A DNA stretch of 64,000 nt, taken from assembly GCA_963785305.1 (NCBI GenBank), contig CAWAUV010000007.1, positions 320,001 to 384,000 of the forward strand. The letters run 5' to 3'. Within the stretch, counting starts at the first letter, position 1. Each line of letters opens with the position of its first letter. Made by a program: the position numbers and the translations under genes. The notes beneath the pieces are model-generated. The model worked only from the letters and a program-made list of their open reading frames with translations, ran no database searches and had not been told where the DNA came from. The DNA comes from an uncultured Planctomycetaceae bacterium. Lineage in GTDB: Bacteria > Planctomycetota > Planctomycetia > Pirellulales > PALSA-1355. Below are positions 9,861 to 20,395 of this stretch, piece by piece.

Positions 9861-11985
9861 CCCGCGACGCGTGGCGGCGGCGAAACAAGACGCCGGCCAG
9901 GGCTAAGGCGGCGAGGCAGGCCAAGGCGCGGGTCCCGGGTTCGGGCACGGAGCTGATCGTCACCACCACGTCGGCGCCCGACACGCCTTGGCCATAGGAG
10001 ACGGTGGCGGTCATGCCGGCCGGCACTCCGGTAATCGAGCCAAACTGGCCATTGGTCGTTGTCGGATCGATCAGCAAAAAGCTCAAGGAGCCGCCCGAAA
10101 GGCTCAGCCCATTCAGTCCGCCGAGGGCCAGCGTGGCGCCGGCGCCGGCGCCGCCCACGCCATCGAGGTTCACCGTGGCATTCGCGGCAATCAAATAGTC
10201 GGCCTTGAGCACGGTGTCGGGCGAGCCGGGCGTCCAACCGGTGACGCCGGTGGCATTGGCCAAGGTGGCTTCGAAGGTCGAGGTCGGAGTCAAGGTGACG
10301 CTGCCGGTGGTCGAGAGCGTGAGCGGGGCGACCGTCGAGCCATTGCTGCCATAGCCGGGCATCAAGGCGCCGCCGGCGCCGATCGAGACCGAATTCGTTC
10401 CGAGATAGATCGTGCCCGTTCCGCCCAATGTGCCGGTTCCGCTCGTGGCGGCGATGGTAAATGCGCCGACGGGCGAACCGGCCGAGCCGTTCGTGCCATC
10501 GACGAACAACGTGCCCGCGGTCACGCTGGTCGGGCCGGTGTAGGTGTTGGCGCCGGCGAGGGTTTGCGAGCCTGTGGTGGCGATCGTCAGGTTGCCGGAG
10601 CCGGTGATCGCTCCGTAAAACGTGTTGTTCGTGCTACCGGCGATCGTGAGAGTCATGGCCGTGCCGGCGGGCGCGACGATCGTTTCGCTCGTGGGGCTAT
10701 TCTGTTGCTGCAAGGCCAGCGTGACTCCCGTGGCCGCGGAAGGACTGGCGAGGCCCGCGATCGTTTGCGTCAAGATCGTCGCGCTTTGCGCGAAATACAA
10801 GCGGCTCAGCGAGTCGTTGATCGTGATAACCGAGTTTTGCAACGCGCCCGCGGCGTTCAGAAAGAGGTTCGTGTAAGCACTCTGTCCGGAAGTAAGCCCG
10901 TTGTTCGAGATCGTCACGGCGCCGGTGTAAGCGGTATTGCCGCTGTTGAGGAAAATGTTCGTGGCATTGTATGTATTGCCAATCGAACTTGTATTGTGCG
11001 TGAACGTCAGATTTCCCGAGCCGGTGAGCGCTTCGTCGATGTTGAGCGGCTTGTCGTAGTAGGACGTGGCGATCGTGCTGGCGGCGGTGACGTTGATCGC
11101 GGCGCCCGCGCCGGTCGCAAGGTGCTCATTGCCATCGTAGACATTGATCGTTCCCCCGTTCAGCACGAAGGAATTGGCGATATCGTATACATTCGACTGG
11201 CCCGAGATATTGCCGACCGTGGCGACACCGCCCGCATTGACGGTGACCGTGCCCGTTCCGAAACCGCTGGCGCTTTGGCTCGACCCATTGCCGAGCTCGA
11301 GATTCGCGCCCGAGCCGATTGTCGCGCCGCCGGAGAAGGTGTTCGCGGCCGCTAGTTTCCAGGTTCCGGCGGTGACATTCAAAGCCAGCGCGCCGGCGCC
11401 GTTTGCAATGACTCCGCTGAATAAACCGCCGCCCGAACCCGAGCCGCCGAGCGTGAGTGTCTGGGTGCCCGCGTTTGCCAAGCCGACGCCATTGGTAACC
11501 GTCAGGGCGGTCGAAGTATTGTTCGACCAAGTTTGCGAGCCGGTGAGGCTCAGCGCCATGCCATTGGTCGCGTTGCCCAGCGTCACGGCCCCGGCGCTCG
11601 ATGCAACCGTGAGCCCATCCGTGCCCAGGCTCAAGGTCTCGGTGGTCGCGCTGCTGCTATCGATAAGCGTCGTGCCGGTATTGTTGAAATAGAGGCCCAG
11701 CGCTGATTGAGCGGAGCCAAGCTGCGCGGTTGTGGCGCCGTTGATGCCCGCGGCATTGAACACGGCGTCGTAGGCGCCGCCGGGAGTCGCGCCCGTCGAC
11801 CAATTGACGCCGGTGTCCCAGAGCGTGCCGGCGACGGTCACCGTGGTCCAATAGTCGGGATTGGACTGCGCCAGGGCATGCTTGAAGTCCAAGCCCGTCA
11901 TGGCGCCGACAACGATGCCCAGCCACGCGACAAAGCGCGGACTCGCAACGATTCGCCGAATTATCCGACCCGACACGAACTTCAT
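9835..11985 (-). CDS. PEP-CTERM surface protein with autotransporter-associated beta-strand repeats
   Basis: N-terminal hydrophobic segment; ANTFSGGATI and ANTYTGPTSVTAGTL repeats; VPEP + TM helix + RRRH tail. Confidence 0.88.
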   Translation of the reverse strand: MKFVSGRIIRRIVASPRFVAWLGIVVGAMTGLDFKHALAQSNPDYWTTVTVAGTLWDTGVNWSTGATPGGAYDAVFNAAGINGATTAQLGSAQSALGLYFNNTGTTLIDSSSATTETLSLGTDGLTVASSAGAVTLGNATNGMALSLTGSQTWSNNTSTALTVTNGVGLANAGTQTLTLGGSGSGGGLFSGVIANGAGALALNVTAGTWKLAAANTFSGGATIGSGANLELGNGSSQSASGFGTGTVTVNAGGVATVGNISGQSNVYDIANSFVLNGGTINVYDGNEHLATGAGAAINVTAASTIATSYYDKPLNIDEALTGSGNLTFTHNTSSIGNTYNATNIFLNSGNTAYTGAVTISNNGLTSGQSAYTNLFLNAAGALQNSVITINDSLSRLYFAQSATILTQTIAGLASPSAATGVTLALQQQNSPTSETIVAPAGTAMTLTIAGSTNNTFYGAITGSGNLTIATTGSQTLAGANTYTGPTSVTAGTLFVDGTNGSAGSPVGAFTIAATSGTGTLGGTGTIYLGTNSVSIGAGGALMPGYGSNGSTVAPLTLSTTGSVTLTPTSTFEATLANATGVTGWTPGSPDTVLKADYLIAANATVNLDGVGGAGAGATLALGGLNGLSLSGGSLSFLLIDPTTTNGQFGSITGVPAGMTATVSYGQGVSGADVVVTISSVPEPGTRALACLAALALAGVLFRRRHASRASALSQLK

Positions 11986-12268
11986 TGGCGCCGCCTTGGA
12001 ATCCGCTAGCAGAGGGCGCGCACTCCGAGCAACGCCCATCCCCGTACGCTAATTAACGAGAATGCGACGTGCAACCGTTATTGGTAGGGAACCGGAAAAA
12101 AGTTTTTCCGAGGGGCGAATTGTCGCAACTCGCGACGCAATGCGAACTTGGCCACATGTTCCCGCCCAGCCCGATTGCCGTCTGGGAGCGGCGGTCGGTG
12201 GCCGCTATACTTTGCGCCGCCGCTGGACACGAGCCAACCGGAAATCCTTGCTCAATTTGGCAAGGCGA

Positions 12269-12445
12269 TTAGTGCTCCTTCACGGCTGAAATGATGGATA
12301 ATTCGGTTTGCGCGTGGCGCCATGCCGACGCTTGCGTGGGCATGTTCTCAAGCGCGACGCACGGTCCCCATGGCCCACGCAGGGCCGCGGGCAGGGCGCC
12401 ACGGAACGAATCCAATCCGTCATTTCAACGGTGACAAAGCACTAG
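12269..12445. mobile_element. MITE-like element, copy 2
   Basis: Same ends (TTAGTGCTCCTTCACGGCTGAAATGA...TCATTTCAACGGTGACAAAGCACTAG) and internal hairpins as copy 1, same orientation. Confidence 0.68.
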
Positions 12446-12537
12446 GCCGATGGTTGTTTTCGGCCTCCCGCCGCGCTCGCGATCCACTTGCCTACCCCCC
12501 GTTTTCGAGCCATTCTCTTCGAGCAAGCTATTCCGAC

Positions 12538-14658
12538 ATGAAACGACAGGCCGACGAGACCCCCGAGTCCGAAGAACACGACGACCACGAAACCGACCAA
12601 ACAGCCGACGTGGCTGGCGACGACCCCCCCGAACCTGCCGCGAGCGGCGGCGGGTCCAACGGGCGCTCGCGCCGCCGGGCCACGGCCCAGTCGATGGCCG
12701 CAAGCCAGCGCGATATCTCGGTCAGCGAATTCTTCGCCAAGAACCGCCACCTACTCGGCTTCGACAATCCGCGCAAAGCCCTGCTGACCACCATTAAAGA
12801 GGCGGTCGACAACTCGCTCGACGCCTGCGAGGAAGCCGGCATCACGCCCGAGATTTGGGTGCATATCGAGCCGGCCGGCCCCAGCCGCTTCAAGGTCGGC
12901 GTGCAAGACAATGGGCCCGGCATTCTCAAGAAGCAAATTCCGCTCATTTTCGGCAAGCTGCTCTATGGGTCGAAATTCCATCGGCTCCGCATGAGTCGCG
13001 GGCAACAGGGCATCGGCATCAGCGCCGCCGGCATGTATGGAGTGCTGACCACGGGCAAGCCGGTGAAGATCATCTCGAAGGTGTCGCAGCGCAAGCCGGC
13101 CCATTACTACGAAATTCAGATCGACACCAAGCGAAACCATCCCGAGATTCTCAACGGCAAGGGCGAAGGCGAGGATATCGCCGCCGGCGAGGCGGGCCGA
13201 AAATACATCGAGAAACACGGCATCGAGTGGATCGACCTCGACCACGGCACGCGGGTCACGATCGAGCTCGAGGCCAAGTACCATCGCGGCCGGGGCAGTG
13301 TCGATGAATATCTGGCCCAAACCGCGATCGCCAACCCGCATGTCACATTGCATTACCTCGACCCCGACGGCGAGGAGCAGGTCTACCAGCGCTCGACCGA
13401 CAAGCTGCCGCCCGAACCCAAGGAGATCAAGCCGCATCCCTACGGCATCGAGCTGGGCCTCTTGGTGACGATGCTCAAAGACACGCCGACCACCACGCTC
13501 GCGCAGTTTTTCGGGGCCGCCTTCAGCAAGGTCAGCCCGGCGATCGCCGGCAAGATTTGCGAAACGGCCGGCGTGACCACGCGCTCGAATCCGCACAAAG
13601 TCGGCCGCGGCGACGCCGACAAGCTCTACCAAGCGATCATGCAGACCCGCATTCCCTCGCCCTCGACCGACTGCATCTCGCCGATCGGCGAGGAGCTGCT
13701 GCTCAAGGGCTTGCATCATGTGGTGCCGGGCGAGTTCTACTGCGCGGCGACGCGTCCGCCGGGCGTGTATCGCGGCAATCCCTTTCAAATCGAAGTGGCG
13801 CTCGCTTATGGCGGTTCGTCGAACGCGAGTCGAGTGCCGCTCGACACGCTCACGGAGCTTCTGGCCGAAACCGATGCCCGCACCCTGCGGCAATTTCTCA
13901 CCACGACCTTCGCCGGAGTCGGCTCCGACGCGGCCGATCAGATTCTCGCCGCCAGCGAACTGGGCACGCGCTCGAGCCCCTCGAAGCTCAAGCCAGCCGA
14001 GATTTCCAAGCTCCACGAAGCCATGCGCAACGTGAATCTCGAATCGGGCCAGACGATGAATGTGCTCCGGTACGCGAACCGAGTGCCGCTCCAGTTTCAA
14101 CATGCCGCGTGCGCCATCACGCAAACCGTGCTCAAGACCAACTGGCGCTCGTATGGCTTGACGCAATCGCGCGGCGCGCTGCCGAGCGGCCCGGTCACGG
14201 TGATGGTTCACATGGCCAGCGTGTGGGTGCCATTCACCAGCGAGTCGAAGGAGGCGATCGCCGCCTATCCCGAGATCGAAAAAGAGCTTCGCCTCGGGCT
14301 GCAAGCCGTGGGCCGCAAGCTGGGCATGTACATGCGGCGTCGGCTCAAGGTGAAACAAGAAGGCGAGCGGCGCAATGTGTTCTTGCGCTACCTGGGCGAA
14401 GTGGCTCAAGCCGTGAGCGATATCAATCGCACCGATCGCGACGCGCTGTATGAACAGCTTCTGGCCGTGGCGAAAAAGAAAACCGCCGCCGCCGACATGG
14501 AACTCGACGAACGCGGCAAGGTGGTCGAAGTCGAGGCCGAGGACTTCGGCGAGCATGTGCTGATCGTCGAACGCGACGAGGAGGAAGTCCTGCTCAAGCC
14601 GGGCGCCGTCAAGGGTTCGCGCGGCGAGGCCAAGAGCGCAAGAGGCGAAGCGTCGTAG
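12538..14658 (+). CDS. top6B: DNA topoisomerase VI subunit B
   Basis: SVSEFFAKN, EAVDNSLDA, DNGPG, SRGQQGIG, RYANRVPL, VPFTSESKEA. Confidence 0.95.
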   Translation: MKRQADETPESEEHDDHETDQTADVAGDDPPEPAASGGGSNGRSRRRATAQSMAASQRDISVSEFFAKNRHLLGFDNPRKALLTTIKEAVDNSLDACEEAGITPEIWVHIEPAGPSRFKVGVQDNGPGILKKQIPLIFGKLLYGSKFHRLRMSRGQQGIGISAAGMYGVLTTGKPVKIISKVSQRKPAHYYEIQIDTKRNHPEILNGKGEGEDIAAGEAGRKYIEKHGIEWIDLDHGTRVTIELEAKYHRGRGSVDEYLAQTAIANPHVTLHYLDPDGEEQVYQRSTDKLPPEPKEIKPHPYGIELGLLVTMLKDTPTTTLAQFFGAAFSKVSPAIAGKICETAGVTTRSNPHKVGRGDADKLYQAIMQTRIPSPSTDCISPIGEELLLKGLHHVVPGEFYCAATRPPGVYRGNPFQIEVALAYGGSSNASRVPLDTLTELLAETDARTLRQFLTTTFAGVGSDAADQILAASELGTRSSPSKLKPAEISKLHEAMRNVNLESGQTMNVLRYANRVPLQFQHAACAITQTVLKTNWRSYGLTQSRGALPSGPVTVMVHMASVWVPFTSESKEAIAAYPEIEKELRLGLQAVGRKLGMYMRRRLKVKQEGERRNVFLRYLGEVAQAVSDINRTDRDALYEQLLAVAKKKTAAADMELDERGKVVEVEAEDFGEHVLIVERDEEEVLLKPGAVKGSRGEAKSARGEAS

Positions 14659-14750
14659 CTTTTTTGTTTCGAACGATCCAACTTTCAACCGACAAAGTTC
14701 CGTCGCCAAGCTATTCCCCGGCGGCGACACGCCTTTAGAAAAAATTTCCC

Positions 14751-15911
14751 ATGGCCAAACGCAAGAAGAAACGCGCCGCCGACGCTGCCCACGAGCCCGC
14801 CGTGGCGGTGAAACTCAACGAAAAAGACCAGCAGACGATGAACCAAATCGTCGGCCTCGCGGATTCGATCGTGGTCGACGCGCAAAAGAAGCGCGACCCC
14901 TATCTCGATATTCCCACGCGCAGTCTTTCCAATGTGCGCTACAACAGCTCGAAGAAATTCATCGAGATGGGCGGCAACAAGAACCGCCGCCAACTCTTCA
15001 ATCTCTTGCAAGCCAAGAGCTATATGCAAACCGTGCTCGTGGCCAGCGGTTCGCAAAAGCTGATCTCGCAAGGCAAGACCACCAGCTTGCGAGGTATGTA
15101 CTACCTGCTCAAGCACTCGATCGAAGGCACGCGCGAGGAGACGTTCAGCGGCCAGGAAGAATCCGACACCGTGATCGAGGACCTCGAGGTCACGATCAAC
15201 GCGCTGCGAGAGGAGCTGCATCTCTACGCGAAGAACGCCGGCGCCATGGTCGGCGAAATCACGCTCGTCGACTCCGGCGACACGATCGACTGCTCGCGGA
15301 TGGGCTCGGGCGGCTACAGCATTCCCTCGATCGTCGAGCCCGAGACGGTGCAGTTCACGAAGTGCAACGCGAAGTTTATTCTCCATGTCGAAAAAGACAC
15401 GGTTTGGCGCCGGTTCAACGAAGACAAATTTTGGCGCACGCACCACTGCATTCTCACCCACGGCGGCGGCCAACCGCCCCGCGGAGTGCGCCGGCTCTTG
15501 AACCGCATGCACCATGAGCTCAAGCTGCCGATCTACTGCCTGCTCGACAACGATCCCTGGGGCTATTACATCTACAGCGTGATCAAGCAAGGCTCGATCA
15601 ATCTGGCCTATGAATCGAAACGCATGGCGATTCCCGAAGCCCGGTTCCTGGGCCTGAGGTCGATCGACTTCGAGCGTTGCCAACTTTCGCCCAGTGTGCG
15701 GATCAATCTCAACGACAACGACATCAAACGCGCCAAGCAGATCAAGGCCTATCCCTGGTTCGAGAAGAAAAAGGCCTGGCAAAAAGAGATCGACCAAATG
15801 CTCAAGAACGGCTTCAAACTCGAAGTCGAAGCCCTGATCAGCAAAGACATCAGCTACGTGACGGAAACCTATGCTCCCGAGCGCCTCGCCGACGAAGACT
15901 GGCTCGACTAA
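14751..15911 (+). CDS. top6A: DNA topoisomerase VI subunit A (Spo11-like)
   Basis: SLRGMYY catalytic Tyr motif; VEKD, GGQP and DNDPWG TOPRIM motifs. Confidence 0.95.
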   Translation: MAKRKKKRAADAAHEPAVAVKLNEKDQQTMNQIVGLADSIVVDAQKKRDPYLDIPTRSLSNVRYNSSKKFIEMGGNKNRRQLFNLLQAKSYMQTVLVASGSQKLISQGKTTSLRGMYYLLKHSIEGTREETFSGQEESDTVIEDLEVTINALREELHLYAKNAGAMVGEITLVDSGDTIDCSRMGSGGYSIPSIVEPETVQFTKCNAKFILHVEKDTVWRRFNEDKFWRTHHCILTHGGGQPPRGVRRLLNRMHHELKLPIYCLLDNDPWGYYIYSVIKQGSINLAYESKRMAIPEARFLGLRSIDFERCQLSPSVRINLNDNDIKRAKQIKAYPWFEKKKAWQKEIDQMLKNGFKLEVEALISKDISYVTETYAPERLADEDWLD

Positions 15912-15964
15912 CGGCCCGAAGTTTCAAATCGCTTCAAGGCAGCTCGCGGTTAGTCTCTTTTCAT

Positions 15965-16050
15965 TGCTTCGTCGTGTCCGTCGTGGTAAATCTTGCCCCG
16001 CCTTCTTCGTGTCTTTGCCTTTTTCGTGTCTTTTGTGCCTTCGTGGTCGA
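15965..16050. repeat. CACGAA/TTCGTG-type short intergenic repeats (related copies at ~27725-27790 and ~37730-37815)
   Basis: Recurrent TTCGTGTC / CCTTCGTGG units; reverse-complement CCACGAAGG / CACGGAAG units at the other sites. Confidence 0.5.
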
Positions 16051-16101
16051 TTATTTTTCCGTGCCGATCACCGCGGCGCCTCGCGCGTGGCGTGGCGGTT
16101 T

Positions 16102-16302
16102 TCAGGGTTTTGGGGTGCGCCCATCGCGGTCCGTGCGGCGGCGGGAGTGGAGCAGGAGCAGCCAAGCGGCGGCGAAGGCGCTCGTGGCCGCGAGCACGAA
16201 CAGCGCCTTCCACGGATTGGCGCCGTACCAGCACACGCCCGCCGCCAAAATCAGGCCCCAGGCAACCAAGCCGGCAAGCAGCAGTCTCGGCAAGCCGCTC
16301 AT
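16102..16302 (-). CDS. small membrane protein (66 aa, two TM segments)
   Basis: Two hydrophobic helices and a basic tail, downstream of parA. Confidence 0.6.
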   Translation of the reverse strand: MSGLPRLLLAGLVAWGLILAAGVCWYGANPWKALFVLAATSAFAAAWLLLLHSRRRTDRDGRTPKP

Positions 16303-16405
16303 AAAACAGTCACCGCGCAAACCTCGGGCGCAAGCCTCATCGGACAAGCTGCAACGGGAAGCCGCGACGACAAACCCTCATTGGGTAAGTCTCGCCCGGC
16401 AAAGC

Positions 16406-17215
16406 TCATCGTGTGAGCGCCACCGGCGCTTCGGCATGCAGCTCTTGGGCAAACTGCAAATAGTCGGCCGCGCCATGCGAATCGGGCGCGTAGCTGAAAA
16501 TCGACTGACCAAAGCTCGGCGCCTCGGCCAACCGGATATTGCGCCGAATGCGGGTCTGAAACATCCGCGCGTCGGCCCAAGGCGTGTTCGGCTGTTTGAC
16601 CGAGCCGAAGAATGCGTCGACATCGTGCGTCACCTCGGCCGCCAATCGCGTGCCCGACTCGTACATGCAATACACAATGCCGGTCAGCCGCAGTTGCCCA
16701 TTGAGCCGCCGGGCCACGAGATCGATCGTTTGCAACAGCTTGCTCAAACCGTGGAGCGCCAAGAAGTGCGGCTGGAGCGGAAGCAGAATCTCTTTCACCG
16801 CCGAGAGCGCATTGAGCGTGAGCACTCCCAGCGACGGCGGGCAGTCGATCAGCACATAGTCGAACGTGTCGTCGGGCAATTCGGCCAGCTTGTCGCGCAA
16901 AATCACTTCGCGGCCCACGACGCCCGCCAACTCGACCTCGGCCGCCGCTAGATCGATATGCGAACCCACGACGCACAGGTTCGCGTCGACCGATTGCCAC
17001 GTGTCGGCGAGCGCGGCGTCGCCCGTGAGCACCTCGTACATGCTTTTCGTGTCGCCGCCGGGGGCGAGGCCGAAGTGCAGTGTGGCATGGGCCTGGGGAT
17101 CGAGGTCCACAAGGCACACCCGCTGACCGGCGGCGGCCAAGGCGGCGCTCAAGTTGACCGCGGTGGTCGTCTTGCCGACGCCCCCTTTTTGATTGATGAT
17201 GGCAATCGTGCGCAT
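16406..17215 (-). CDS. parA: ParA/Soj family ATPase
   Basis: NQKGGVGKTT, DLDPQ, DCPPSLG, LAEAPSFG. Confidence 0.92.
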   Translation of the reverse strand: MRTIAIINQKGGVGKTTTAVNLSAALAAAGQRVCLVDLDPQAHATLHFGLAPGGDTKSMYEVLTGDAALADTWQSVDANLCVVGSHIDLAAAEVELAGVVGREVILRDKLAELPDDTFDYVLIDCPPSLGVLTLNALSAVKEILLPLQPHFLALHGLSKLLQTIDLVARRLNGQLRLTGIVYCMYESGTRLAAEVTHDVDAFFGSVKQPNTPWADARMFQTRIRRNIRLAEAPSFGQSIFSYAPDSHGAADYLQFAQELHAEAPVALTR

Positions 17216-17378
17216 CGGACGGATCTCCATTTCCGTGCAAGAGCCTGGGGATATGGCGGCTGATTATAGCCAGACCCCCGCGATCGGCCCTAGATGAGTT
17301 CTCGCCGCGCGCCAGCATCGTGCAAAAAGGAATTCCAACGCGTCGCGTCCCCATTTCCAAGAAAATTAAAGAAATTTC

Positions 17379-19317
17379 ATGGCCTCCACGTCGAACGACA
17401 ATATATCCCTGGCCGGGCTGCGCGTGGCTGCCTTCGAAAGTCGCCGCGCCGACGACATGGCCCGGCTCATCGAGCGGCAGGGCGGCGTGGCCCTGGTGAG
17501 CCCCTCGATGCGCGAGGAGCCGATCGAAAACCACGCGACCGCCATCGACTTCGCCCATCGGGTGATGACCGGCCAGATCGATATCGTGATCCTGATGACC
17601 GGCGTCGGCGTGCGCTATCTGATGGCTGGCGTCGAGCGGCAGGTCGACCAAGCGCAGCTTTCTCGCGGCCCTTTCCGATGTGGTGACGATCGCCCGCGGG
17701 CCCAAACCCGTGGCCGTGCTTCGGGAACTGGGCCTTCAGCCCACGCACCGTGCTCCGGAGCCCAACACTTGGCGCGAAGTGCTCGCGGTGGTCGACGCGC
17801 ATGTGCCCGTGGCCCAGCAAACGGTCGGCCTCTTGGAATATGGCGCCGCCAGCGCCAGCCTCGTCGCGGGACTCGAAGCCCGCGGGCGCGGGTCGAATCG
17901 CTCGCCGTCTACCGCTGGGATTTGCCCCACGACATCGGGCCGCTCGAACGCAACATCCGCGCGATCGTGGCCCGCGAGGTCGATGTGCTGCTCTTCACCT
18001 CGAGCCATCAGGCCGTGAACCTGCTGCGCGTGGCCGAATCGCTTGCCCTGGGCGACGCGCTGCGCGCCGCGCTCGAGCAAACGGTCGTGGCGTCGATCGG
18101 CCCGACCACGACTGAAACACTCGGCGAACTGGGCCTGCCGGTCGATATCGAACCCGAACACGGCAAGATGGGCCATCTCGTGATCGCCGCCGCCGAACAA
18201 GCGCCGCGCTTGCTGGCCGACAAGCGGCGCGAGCAACGTGTGTGGATCGGTCAAAAACCGCCGGAGAAAATCGCCGCGCACGCCGGACCGTGGAGCGAGG
18301 GCCTTTTCTTGCGCACCTGCCGCCGCGAGCCGGTCGAGCGCACTCCGGTCTGGCTGATGCGCCAAGCCGGCCGCTACCTGCCCGAGTATCGCGCGATTCG
18401 CTCCAAGACCACGTTTCTCGAGCTGTGCAAGAATCCCGCGCTCTGTGCCCAGGTGATGCTCGAAACCGTCGCGCGTTTAAATGTCGACGCCGCGATCATC
18501 TTCTCCGACCTGTTGCCGATTCTCGAACCGATGGGCTTCGATCTCGAATTCGCCAAGGGCGAAGGCCCGGTGATTCACAACCCGGTGCGGGAGTTGAAAG
18601 ACATCGACCGGGTGCGGGAACTCGAATCGCTCGAGCGGCTCGAGTTCGTGTTCGAGACTGTGCGGCTGACTCGCGCTGGGCTGCCGGACCATCTGCCGGT
18701 GATCGGCTTCGCCGGAGCCGCCGTTTACGTTGGCCAGCTATGCGATCGAGGGCGCGGGCAGCCGCAACTATGCCCACACCAAGGCGCTCATGTACCGCGA
18801 CCCCGCGGCGTGGGAACGCGCTGGCCGGGCGCTGGCCCGCGCGGTGGCGCGGTATCTCAACGCGCAGATCGCGGCCGGCGCCCAGGCAGTGCAACTATTC
18901 GATAGCTGGGTCGGATGTTTGGGCGTTGAAGATTACCGCCGCTATGTGTTGCCATATACCAAGGCCGTGATCGCGGCCATCGACCCGACGACGCCCGTGA
19001 TTCACTTCGCGGCGGGCAATCCCGCGCTCTTGCCGCTGGCGGCCTCGGCTGGCGCGGCGGTGGTGGGCGTCGACTGGCGGATCGAGCTCGCCGAGGCCTG
19101 GCGCCTGATTGGCCATGACCACGCGGTGCAAGGCAACCTCGACCCGAGCGTGCTGCTCTCGGAACCGGCCCTGGTGCGACGGCGGACGAAAGAGATTTTG
19201 CGCTCGGTCGCCGGACGCCCCGGCCACATTTTCAATCTCGGCCACGGCGTGTTGCCGGAAACCCCGGTCGAAAACGTGCTCGCGCTGCTGGAAACCGTCC
19301 GCGAACACGAGGGCTAG
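17379..19317 (+). CDS. hemE: fused uroporphyrinogen-III synthase (HemD) + uroporphyrinogen decarboxylase (HemE); three frameshifts
   Basis: FESRRA, ARGPKP, FTSS, SIGP (HemD), then WLMRQAGRYLPEY, IIFSDLL, VQGNLDP, FNLGHG (HemE). Confidence 0.88.
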
Positions 19318-19440
19318 GAGCGCGGCCGCGCGATTCGCCCGGCCCGCGTTGCAATCTGGCCCGCGCTCGGGCAAGATAGCAGGCGCCTTGCAAGCAAACC
19401 GCGCTCTTTGTTTCGCCGCTTTCTTGGAGTGTTCCAGCCT

Positions 19441-20308
19441 GTGTGTGCTTCGCCGATTCAGGAAATCTTGGCGGTGTTCGGTCAGCCGGTGGCCGGGAAT
19501 CCCAACCAGTATGTGATGGAGAAAGCGTTTGCCCGCGCCGGGCTCGACTACCGTTTTCTCACCCTGGAAGTCGCCGCCGACGCGCTCGCCGATGCCACGC
19601 GCGGCGCCCGCGCGATGGGTTTTCGCGGCTTCGACTGCGCCGCGCCGCATCAAGAAACCGTGATTCCGCTGGTCGATCGGCTCAGCGACGCAGCCCGGCT
19701 CAGCGGGGTGGTGAATTGCGTGTGGCGCGAAGACGACTCGCTCGTCGGCGAAAATACGCATGGCGCAGGCTTCCTCCGCGCCCTGGCCGCGCTCGTCGAC
19801 ATCGCCGGCCGGCGCGTCGCGATCCTCGGCGCCGGCAAGATGGCTCGCTCACTGGGTGTGCGATTGCGCTGGCCGGAGTGACCGAAATTCAGGTCGTCAA
19901 TCGCAATGCCGAGCGCGGCGAAGCGTTGGCCGCGCTCTGCGCGACCGGGCCGGAATCGTGGCGGCGCATGTCGCCTGGAGCGAGCCGTATGCGGCCCCGG
20001 CGGAAATCGATCTGCTCATTAACGCCACCTCGCTCGGCGCGGGCGCCACTTCGCTCGGCGCGGGCAACAATCGCAAACGGCTGCCGGTCGTGCTCGACGC
20101 GCTCGCGCCCGAGGCGGTGGTGGCCGATGTGATCGTGAATCCGCCCACGACGCGACTGCTGGCCGACGCCGCCGCCCGCGGCCATCGCACTCTCGACGGC
20201 CTCTCGCTGCTCGCGCATCAAACCGCCGAAAGCTTCCGCATCTGGACCGGCGCCGAGCCCGACATGGACCTGATCCGCGAAGGCATGGAAGAGTTCTTGG
20301 GCATTTGA
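19441..20308 (+). CDS. aroE: shikimate dehydrogenase; two frameshifts
   Basis: GENT-G-GF, ILGAG, VNRN, INATSLG, LDGLSLL--Q---F-IWTG. Confidence 0.85.
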
Positions 20309-20310
20309 GC
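20195..20310 (+). repeat. direct repeat copy 1 (aroE 3' end; attL-like)
   Basis: 116 bp, one mismatch against 27586-27701. Confidence 0.95.
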
Positions 20311-20395
20311 GGAGGGAGCGGTTACGCTAGGATGGATTTGTAGAGGGATCCGAGCCAGTTGCGGGTTGGTCGCAGGCAGGGATCGGTTACAGTCA

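Noticed and set aside
12751..15797. Long antisense ORFs opposite top6B/top6A, and similar ones opposite pgi, pgm, zwf and gnd
   Set aside because: Shadow ORFs typical of high-GC codon usage; no motifs.
20329..20357. Relic spacer as an autorepressive guide against the cas9/tracr promoter (shares TTTGTAG..ATCCGAGC with 27458-27475)
   Set aside because: The two PAM-proximal bases mismatch (CA versus GG) and a bulge is needed; anti-repeat similarity explains it better.
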